A stretch of DNA of 42,372 nt from Chlorokybus atmophyticus (lineage: Eukaryota > Plantae > Mesostigma and Chlorokybus algae), in assembly GCA_009103225.1 (NCBI GenBank), contig RHPI01002048.1, positions 474,731 to 517,102 on the forward strand. Reading direction: 5' to 3'. The notes beneath the pieces were generated by a model that did no database searches, had not been told where the DNA came from, and saw nothing but the letters and a program-made list of their open reading frames with translations. A program made the position numbers and the translations under genes. Shown here piece after piece: positions 34,678 through 42,372 of the stretch. Position 1 is the stretch's first letter. Each line of letters starts with the position of its first letter.

Positions 34678-36440
34678 GGTTGACCCGTGTGCGTGCTGCT
34701 TTCGTACCTGCCAAGCAAGTGTGCTTCGCTTGTGGCACCTTGTCGTTGACTAGTGGTTGCTGCCTTGTGCTGTGCATGTGGCCCCTGCTGGTTTTCTTGC
34801 TGTAATATTGGGCACTTGTGGTGCGCAGCAATGTTTGCATGCCTGGCAAACACTCGGGGTGAATGCAATGGCACACATTTCATTGTGTACTTGTGCATGA
34901 CTCTACCGGGGCCGGCCGTGATTCTGCCCACCCCAAGACTGCGACACGGCGGTAGTTTCCCTCTCCAACAGCGCCAAGCGTTGAGCGCGCTGCAGCACAT
35001 AAGTCATGGATCCGCTGCCTGTACAAGGACACGAAGTCCGCTGATACCCACACTACATCGCACACACTCGGTTGCCCACCCGCATCCCTCAGTTCACACC
35101 ATTACGCAGGCTCACACACCCTAACGGGGTGTTAGCCATAGTAGGTAGGTTAGGTAGGCAGAGTACCCCGGTGGTGAACTACGTGGCAGTATGAAATGTT
35201 AGTGGCATGATTGTGGGATGGTGATTGTCACTATGCATGAGCATATCCCACGTGCATTGTATGTACAATAGCCTGTTGGACTTTCGAAATTACACCGTGA
35301 CCACACACGCCCTTGTCACGCACACCACCTTTGGCGCTGCGCCATTGCACAGCACGCTCCCCGCCTGTTGCGCATCAATGGAGCTCGGTCGCCTTCACAT
35401 TGCCGCGAGGGATGCGTCCATGTCCATGATTGGAGAAGGGCGACCCCTGCGCACCCGCTCCATGGCCAGCGCTTGGCAGGGCTCGGGCGACTCGTTGCAC
35501 ACGTTGCTTCGCACCCCGCACCATTGGCATCCTCCGCATGCACAAACAAGGAGCACCACACGCTGACTGTCATCACCCCCCGGCGCGTGCGTCTCCACTG
35601 CCAGTTGGTCTACCTGCTGGCGGACAGCGCGTAAAGGCATTCCCAAGCGGATGGTCGCCAGAGTTGTGGCACCTGGCCACCTTGGCTGCCCGAGCCGCTG
35701 CGCCCGCCCGCTCTCCACATGCTGTGACGATAATGTCTAGGAGTAGCCTCGCACTTCACATGGTGTGACGCTCGGTTACATGATGCGCATTCACACGCGA
35801 CAGCCAATAACATGGCGACACATGTGACAAGCATAAGAAAAACACAAGGAGCTGCTGTGCTTCGGCTACAGCAACAACATGAAGCAACAGACATCCTGCA
35901 CTTGCACGACGCCTTCACAGAGCAATACCATTCAACCTGATTACACTGTGCGTCAAAGTGGCCTTGCGCAGTGATGCGCACGTGTGCACTCCAATGTATT
36001 GTCTCTCCTGCTGTGCCCAAGTATCATGTGGGCACCCTCGCAGCCTACGGTGATGCCTGCTGCATTTGCACGCAGCAAACCAGCCCCTTCGTTGGGTTGT
36101 TGTTGTGTTGGTCGTAAGTAAAGCTGCCTTGCTGCTGTGCTGCCTCTGTCTGCTACTTGCTAATCTCGGCTTGTTTCCAGGTAAGCTATACCATATATGT
36201 GTGGATTCAATGCGCACTGCTGGTTGTTTGAGCGCGCGCGCTTTGTGTTCTAGAGCTCACCAGTGTCGTGGGATTCAACTATACACCGCGTCGGGTGTTC
36301 GTGACATATTGCGCAGGAAGGCTGACGTCAAGTAGTAATGCCCTCTACAAACACGCAGCTGGTACTGAATTAGTACCACTGGCACACTTAAACGGGCACA
36401 CAGATTGTGTTACATAAGCAACTCAAGGAGGCGCTGAGGA

Positions 36441-36485
36441 TGTGACTTCTTGTGTACTTCTTGTGTACTTGTGTACTTCTTGTGT
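36441..36485 (+). repeat. Short tandem repeat of acttcttgtgt (about 4 imperfect copies)
   Basis: tgtgacttcttgtgtacttcttgtgtacttgtgtacttcttgtgt. Confidence 0.8.
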
Positions 36486-37813
36486 CATTGTTGTTTATCA
36501 TTGCACTTGATGGCTATGTTACGGTCAGAATATCAGTTTGTCAATTTGTCGTGCTGGCGCATGCGCATATGCAAAATGGGTAGTGTACTCTGACACATGT
36601 TTATGGCGCATGTGTCAACGCTGCCTATGTAGTATAGGGCACTACACACATAGGCCATGTGTGCCGTGCGTAACATGTAAGTATGCGGACCATAAGCGTG
36701 CGCACACAACTCACTATGAGGACGGAAAGGCAAGACGGCAACACCAAGGCAAGCAGGCCAGGCTAGTCCTGACATGGCTTCCAGAGTTTCCTGGCAACTT
36801 CTAGTAGACCTTTGCAGAATCTGGAGAACTAGAAGGATAGACGACAGAAGCTGCGCCCATCGGCTACAGCCTGCCAAAACAAGGTCAAGTCAATACCGGG
36901 GGCAACGTAATACAAAGCTTATAACAGCTTATAACATCAAAGTAGTGCTACCATTTGCCAACACAAGGCCTCGTGAGCTTGCACGCCGCAACAATTACAC
37001 CCGCTTTTCTGTCATTCTGGTAATGTTAGGTGAATGCTAGCCGCAATCAGCGTTGATGCGTTGCATGTGAGCTCACACGCACAGACTGACAATACACGTG
37101 AGGTTACGTATATCGCGCAACGTATACTTAGAAGGACAACATGAAGATACTGCGACATAGTGGTGTTGAACTGGACAACTTGAAGTCTACAAGAGGTGCC
37201 CTTGGCTGCAGGTACAGCACCTAGAACACATCCGTTTGCCAACACAAGCAGACTGCAGTTAGCATCCTGCTTGCGCTGCGTACAAGGAACAAGCGCACAC
37301 GGCAAGGGGGCCTGTTTGCACCTCTGCTAAGCATGTGCAATGGAGCGTAAGAGCAACGCACTCCCGGCTTCCTGCAACACAGCTGTACACTCAGCACGAC
37401 AAACTGGAACTATGGTTGCAAGGTGTGCAAGTAGTCATGGCGATGGTGTTTACTGCGTGTACATCAAGAGTTCAACCTTAGGTGATTTCAACCAAACAAT
37501 GCCTGATCACGGATCAAAATATACAGAACTTGAATCACGCAGTGCCAAGCTACGTCAATCGATAGAAGAGAGCATCAGTACACGGGATGTAGCCGAACCA
37601 GTATAGAAAACCATGCCCATGGCATGCTGGCATAGATATATCATGGCAACAGTACAACAAGAAGTTGCGCGTATCGTAACTACAAGTATGTATCTCAGGT
37701 AAGCAGTGCGGGTGGGGTGTGCGCTGTGTACAACAAGTTGTTGCGCGCACTTGCCCATCACAATATCGATGATGCCGATGTGCAGGATGGGAAGGCCATC
37801 CCTTGCTGGCTCG

Positions 37814-39705
37814 TTAGTCAGCTGTCAGCATATCCATAAACCCCTGCTGCGGCTGCTGATGTATGTGTTGCATATGTACAGCGAGTGCCCCCCGGGCTGT
37901 GCTCCCGGTCTGCTGCTGGCCTTTTTGTGCACTGTCCGCACTACTGTACCCTGTAAGTAACAATAGCACCAGTGAGATAACCTGCAATACTCCACCACTG
38001 AACAAACCCAACCAACAGAGCCTCCAGCAGGGAGAAAACTAATGTGCTTGGCAGCAGCTGCACTCACCCGAGGATGTGCCGCCGGTGTTGGACGAGTTGA
38101 CAATGTCGTTCGCGGCGTTGTCATCAGCATCATCGGCATCATCGTCGTAGCTTGGGGTTGCGGTGCCTAGACTATCTCCCTTCTGACCCTGCAGCTGGTG
38201 TTGGCGCGGGGGCGCTTTGCCGCAGAGCGTGGCGCGGTCGCGCCTGAGCGTCTCGAGCTCCATCAGCAGGTGCTTTTGGTTCTCTGTGTCCTCGGAGTCT
38301 CCCTCCACCAGGGCCAACTCTAGCGAGGTGATGATACGCTCGAGAGATTTCAACTGCGGCCCAGCATCCCCATCATCGGAATAAATGCAGTTCATGCAAC
38401 AGTTGATGCCATGACTCTGAGGCGATGGCGGATGTTGTTTGGTAAGGCACATCACTAGCTGATAGCGCTGACAGAGGCGCATATGTGCGCGAGCGTGTGT
38501 ATGTAGGAGGGCATACAGGCGTGTTAATGAGTGGGCACGCGCGGGTGTGCATACCTTGCGGTGGGGCCAGCGCTTCATGTTGTGTCTCCGGCAGATCTTC
38601 TTGAGGACAGTTGGACAGATGCCCAGCTGTTTAGCAGCAGCGTTGATGGGGAGGTGGAACTGCTTGGAGAGGTGTGCGAGGGTGATCTTAGCGGTGCGCT
38701 TGCGCTGTGCTGCAGCCTTTGAGATGAACCCCGCGCGCATCAGCGCCTCCATCTCCGCATCCACTGACTCCACTACGTTGTTGCCATGGGTGCTGCTGCC
38801 TCCCGCCGGCCCCGCACCCGTCGGACTCCTCATTGACTCTGCAAATGACAATGTTGTTCTGTTCTGTCCAAATCAAGGTTGCAATGAGAATAGCAATGCA
38901 ACAGAGGTCTGAAAAGTTACCTAACAGCAGCTCAAACTCGTCCATGGGTTCGTCCAGCACTTCACCGTTGTCGGAACCAGAAGGCAGGGAGCTGCTGTCG
39001 TGATCAGCAACCTTATTGTTTTCACAAGAGGTTAATACAGTCCCGGCCTTGCCGGCCTGCAAAGTAACTGACCATCAGCATCCACACGCGTGCGAGTGCC
39101 ATATCACTGATATGGCACAGTATGTGACATACTATATTGGCATCACGCTGCGTGCCTGTATGTGACAGGTTTCATTTGACGAGCAGCTGCTGCAACCAGG
39201 CTGGTGGTGGCCAACAACGGGCTGCTGGGATTGGTGTCTGCTGCAGGCGTGCGTAGTCGTGCCGGGCTGCGGCGCCAGTGGCGGAACCGGTAGCGATGGT
39301 GGCGTGACTGCTACAAAGTGTGGAGTTGCGTGATGTTGAGTCAGCTGCGGTTGCACTTGAATCTGTTGGACAAGGGGAGCGGCCCCGTCAACTCCGCCTT
39401 CCAGCGTGGAGTCATACACGCACTGGAACCCTTCCCTTTCCTGCAGCAAGGCATACTGCCACAGGAACTGCTGCGTGTACTGCTGCCCTTGTTCGAAACT
39501 GCACGCAAGACACAACGCTTGTTGGTAGATGAACTCTACCTTGACAACCGTCCAGAGAGCGATCTGATGAGCGAGATGATGAGAGCTATATGTGATCAGC
39601 TTGCAACTCTGCTTACTGAAGGATCTGCTGCTCGATGCACCCGGTGTCCTGTGTGCTTGCTGTCTGCACTGTGGCGTGGTACAGACCTTTAACACTCAGG
39701 TGCAT
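37814..39705 (-). CDS. RWP-RK domain transcription factor (no PB1 domain seen); 5' end uncertain
   Basis: Phase-consistent exons: 39705-39617, 39498-about 39156, 39056-38921, 38838-38555, 38353-38068, 37950-37814. Domain: ITLAHLSKQFHLPINAAAKQLGICPTVLKKICRRHNMKRWPHRK|LKSL, followed by a coiled coil (LLMELETLRRDR). Further upstream exons are possible. Confidence 0.88.
39096..39133. repeat. Two abutting odd palindromes in an RWP-RK intron
   Basis: gtgccatatca-c-tgatatggcac (11+1+11) is immediately followed by agtatgt-g-acatact (7+1+7). Confidence 0.95.
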
Positions 39706-42372
39706 TTCTAGCTTCGTCACTTGCGTTGCTGTCGTTCACAACGGCAACAATAAGACGACACACAACAGCAGCAACGACCAGCCCTATGTACAGCAGCAGC
39801 AACAGCAAGTGACAGAGTCCTGTAGCAAAAGCATAAGCAGTTGGCCAAAGCAGCACAAGTTAACAACCCACCATTGCTGTGGATTATGCGTCGAAGCATA
39901 ACGCAGCTGTAGCAGAATGAAGCCATCGGGTTAGCCACTGCTTTCTGGCGTGGATATCAAGCGAGCAGCAGCTTCAGGCCAACTGGGTGGGTATGCGTAT
40001 GTGCGTGCTCCAGCTGCAACACAGCCCTCAGCCTCACACTTCAGAGCCGCTCCAGGCTGAGCTGCAACACACGTGTATTGTCCGTGTAAGCACAGCTGCT
40101 AGTAAGCGGTACTCTAGGTACTTGGATGACAGAACTCATGGTTAGCACAAATGCTGCAGCAACTGGACTACCAATGCTGGTTCAAGCGCTACACAGTACG
40201 AATGGCACAGAGTCTAGACGACGACGCAGAGCACACCTTCAACGTAAGTGTCTATTCACCTTCGAGCTTGGAAGCCAGTCTGAGGGGATGTGCTTGTGGG
40301 TTGTGTGCACGCACGGAAAGCAACCTGTGCGCAGGAAAGCAGAGCCTCGCCCGCGCTTCGTCATGCAAGCAACCAGCTGTACGGAAGTAGGAGCTCTCCG
40401 TCAACTACCACTTGGCTGAAGCTGCGGCGAGCAGCCATGCCTAGACAGAAAGTGCACCGGGTTGGCTACGACAGCATGAACACAAGTGCAACAGTAGCCT
40501 GAGCACACGGATTGCTGCTTTTGTGCGGCGGCGGCATCCGGCATGTGCTACTGACTGCTATCGACATGGGCACGTAGCTACAGAAGAGGCTTCCTGCTTG
40601 TTGCTGGTACGTTCAGGGCGTTTTGCATCCAGCCAGCGGCGGAGAGCAACCCAAGCTACTGGATGGGAAACAAAACGGACTTCACCACTACACAAGTGTC
40701 TTTCTTATCTTACACAAGAGGCATGTGCTTGTTGCTGTCGGTGTTGCCTGCGTCTCCTTCTCTGCGTTACGCCCTCCACATGCGACTAGATTACGCTCCG
40801 CCGGCCCTCCCGCCCTGCTTCAGCATGCTTCCTGGAGGGAAGGCCAAAGGTCGGCGCCAAGCAAGGCTGCGGCGGCAACCTCGCCTTCGGCGGGAGGAAC
40901 GCCGATTACTCTAGGGTACCCTAGCTCCGACGGCATAATTCAGGTTCGCATGCAGCTGTGGTTGGTGAGCGGGGTCACATAAAACATCAAGGATTGGGGG
41001 TTTGCCAAGCCATTTGACACGAGCGTTACGTAACAGAGCGGGCATTCGCCCCGGACACATTACGGCAGATGGAAACTTTTGAAACCGGCCTCTCCAGGTG
41101 CCTTTCCGTCCCCGACACTTAGCTCCATATCAACCGACGAGGTCTGACAAAGTCCAAGAAATGCGTCCTTCATGTCCGGGCTAGACTCGCCACACATTCC
41201 CGCGGTAAGCTTAGTAGAACACAGTCCTGACGAATGACTAACTAGTCGTCAGGCACTGTAGGCACCCCGTTACGCACTAGCAACAGTAACCGGAAAAGCA
41301 TTGGATTGAGGGTGTCGGATTTGGGTGTTTCAGCGCGGCGCGTGCTCTAATGGGGCGCGACCCTTCGCCTCCTAGCGGTTATTGAGGTGTAACCGACGAC
41401 CTTTGTTCCTCCTCAATGAATTAAGGCGCAGAGACGCGGCAGTTACGCGTCTTACGAAAGTGAAACTGAACAATCATATCGCACATGACTTCAGGCTGCA
41501 ACCCGCCATGTTACATTTGTCTTTCATGCTTCCACACTCCTCGCTCGGTTTGCTTGCTTGGGGCAGGCAGTCAATCCACCATTGCAGTGTTCACATGTCA
41601 AATGCACTCTCGACAATGTCCGTGCCCTGTCACCATCTGCAGTAGCCATTATGTCGGCCTGCACAAAGCCGACCATTGCGGCACAGTCGCTTCAAGCGAG
41701 TCGCGCTTGCCATTGCCATAATGTGGTCCTGTGTGCCCTCAACAAGAGCCATGCAAGGTCAGTATGCAGCAGTTTTAAAGTCACGCGTATTTCTAAAAGC
41801 TCTGTACACCACATCCAAGACCTGTGGATCACAATGTCAAACCTAACAACAGAAAACAGAGCTATATTTTTGCTTATTGGTTGATAGATATGTGTGTGTA
41901 TAAGGGTGTGTACTTGTATGCTCATGCGCAACATTGCACACATAATCCACGATGTATGCGCACAGTTTATTGTAATATATCTATAAAGCATTATTATTGC
42001 ACATTACACACACAGAAGATTTATATTGTAACATATTCATCCAGCATTATGATGACGGGCAATGACGCGGATCAAAAATAATATAGTTGTGTTATAACAC
42101 ACATTGTGTGACAATAGAGTATCGGGTATGCATGTATGTAATATTATGAATGTATATGCATATATATTGAGGATAAACGATGTGCAAGAAAAGTTAGGAG
42201 AGATAAGCAAGCACAAGCATAGTTGCATCATGCGGCATGCGGGCATACATATCAACACAAAACATACGCGTGTATGCGGGCATGTATTACAAGCAGTTAT
42301 GGCATGCGGCAGTAATGCGTGCATATAATGTTGTTACACCACAGGTAATGCCCCCCCCTTGGCGGCTGGTGC

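Noticed and set aside
36114-36186. Recursive (AG|GT) splice site on the + strand
   Set aside because: CAG|GTAAG is simply the normal donor consensus, such motifs are expected many times by chance in 42 kb, and there is no host gene.
37340-37606. 88-aa + strand ORF with a coiled-coil-like end
   Set aside because: No motif or convincing splice context; it lies at or near the RWP-RK 3' UTR.
40911-40924. Perfect 14-bp palindrome CTAGGGTACCCTAG
   Set aside because: A 7-bp-arm palindrome is expected a few times by chance in a window this size.
1-42372. Non-standard genetic code (TAA/TAG = Gln, as in some ulvophytes)
   Set aside because: The gene models need no in-frame TAA/TAG, and TAA, TAG and TGA all serve as terminal stops.

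Overview
Eukaryotic, intron-rich genomic DNA in the standard code. It is most likely a flagellate green alga (Viridiplantae); this is inferred from an RWP-RK factor, a plant-type small protein family and basal-body-type genes, and the species cannot be fixed from sequence alone. Most ORF-track entries are low-complexity shadows, so real genes had to be spliced by hand. Eight protein genes are supported: an IQ-motif coiled-coil protein (-, runs off the left edge), a divergent DIDGA-repeat/EF-hand protein (+), KRI1 (+), an Sfi1-repeat protein (-), a plant-type CPxPRR/GxEILD/NPLIxDxRF protein (+), an Hsp31-type DJ-1/PfpI enzyme (-), SurE (-) and bystin/ENP1 (+). A ninth, an RWP-RK transcription factor (-), is clear but has an uncertain 5' end. 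The least explained parts are non-coding: (i) an inverted, intron-retaining, deleted pseudocopy of the IQ gene (about 7.5-8.6 kb) that ends exactly at two related perfect hairpins (16 and 11 bp); (ii) a dense hairpin cluster at 19.66-19.93 kb; (iii) an alternating-orientation repeat array around a possible decayed SWIM/MULE frame (23.3-25.1 kb); (iv) abutting palindromes in an RWP-RK intron; (v) an acidic upstream frame whose stop overlaps the Sfi1-like start (ATGA). I cannot demonstrate a new biological system from this sequence alone; these are leads. No rRNA, tRNA or CRISPR array was recognised.
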